Positions 63,165 through 64,000 of a DNA stretch of 64,000 nt are shown here, in pieces. This stretch comes from Geosiphon pyriformis uo1 (Eukaryota; Fungi; Glomeromycota). Position 1 is the stretch's first letter. Each line of letters opens with the position of its first letter. The position numbers were made by a program, and so were the translations under genes. The stretch covers positions 234,434 through 298,433 of the forward strand of contig JAAOMT010000176.1 of assembly GCA_016748015.1 (NCBI GenBank), given 5' to 3'. Below the pieces are notes generated by a model. The model was not told the origin of the DNA. It saw nothing but the letters and a program-made list of their open reading frames with translations, and did not search any database.

Positions 63165-64000
63165 CTTAAAACTAGTAAAAAAGTCTTAATATTTGTAAAT
63201 AAATTATTATTAAAAAAAATACCAAACAAAAATTTAAAAAAAGTATTATTAACAATTTATGTTTAAGTCTTATTATCAAAAAAAATAAAAAAAATAATAA
63301 AATTTGTTTCTTAATAAGTTATTTAATTATTAATAAGTTAATTTTATTATTTTTGTGATTTTTATCAAATTATTTATAATATTATTATTTTAAAACTTAT
63401 TTTTTAATCAATTAATTTAACAAAATACAATAACAAATAAAAAAACAGAAGATAAAATAAAAAAAATAAAAAGTTAATATTTTATTATTAAAAACTATTG
63501 TTTAATATATTAAAATTCTTAGATATATGTCTTTAATAATTATTATTTTTAATAAACAAAGCAATTAGAATAAATAATTTAATAATATAAACTATAATTT
63601 ATAAATCAAAAAATTTTTAATAAATAAGTTTATTTTAAATATAGTTATTAATACAAAAAATCTGTTTTAATAATTAAATATTTAATTAGTTTTTTTAATA
63701 ATATTATTTTATATGTATAATTTTTGTAAAATAAGATATTTTAATATTTTAATATTTTAATATTTTTTGAGTTATTGTTAATATTATTGATATTTTTGTT
63801 AGTATTTTTAAAATTTCTGGCATTTTTAAAATTTTTAATATTATATAAATTTTTTTTAACATATAATTAGCTAATTTTATATTATATATATTTATAATTA
63901 ATTATTATTTTTATTTTTTTATAAGTAATACTGTTTTATTAAAAATATAAACAAAAGTTTTTCTTTTTACATTTAAACAGATTCTTATTTTATCTTTTTT

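Overview
Eukaryotic, very AT-rich window, probably fungal (the TE proteins resemble those I recall from Glomeromycotina/Mucoromycota genomes; not verifiable here). About 3.6 kb of unique, CpG-retaining DNA is followed by a roughly 60 kb nest of retrotransposons. There are three full-length non-LTR (LINE) elements (RRM/CCHC ORF1; APE-RT-RNaseH-CCHC ORF2) and one LINE fragment. There are also four Ty3/Gypsy LTR elements of two divergent families, A and B (two complete with 4-bp TSDs, two truncated), plus a solo LTR. All copies are pseudogenised mostly by C>T/G>A transitions, including non-CpG contexts (RIP-like), and form a decay series that ends in near-pure AT tracts. The most notable signal is the Gypsy architecture shared by both families: a probable GUG-initiated Gag-PR-(multi-CxxC domain)-dUTPase-RT-RNaseH polyprotein, a separately encoded integrase ORF, a conserved non-env ORF3 of unknown function, and arrays of (A/T)TC-N3-GAA palindromes just upstream of the LTR TATA box. 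No host gene, tRNA, rRNA or CRISPR could be supported. Coordinates were read by hand; degenerate boundaries are approximate.
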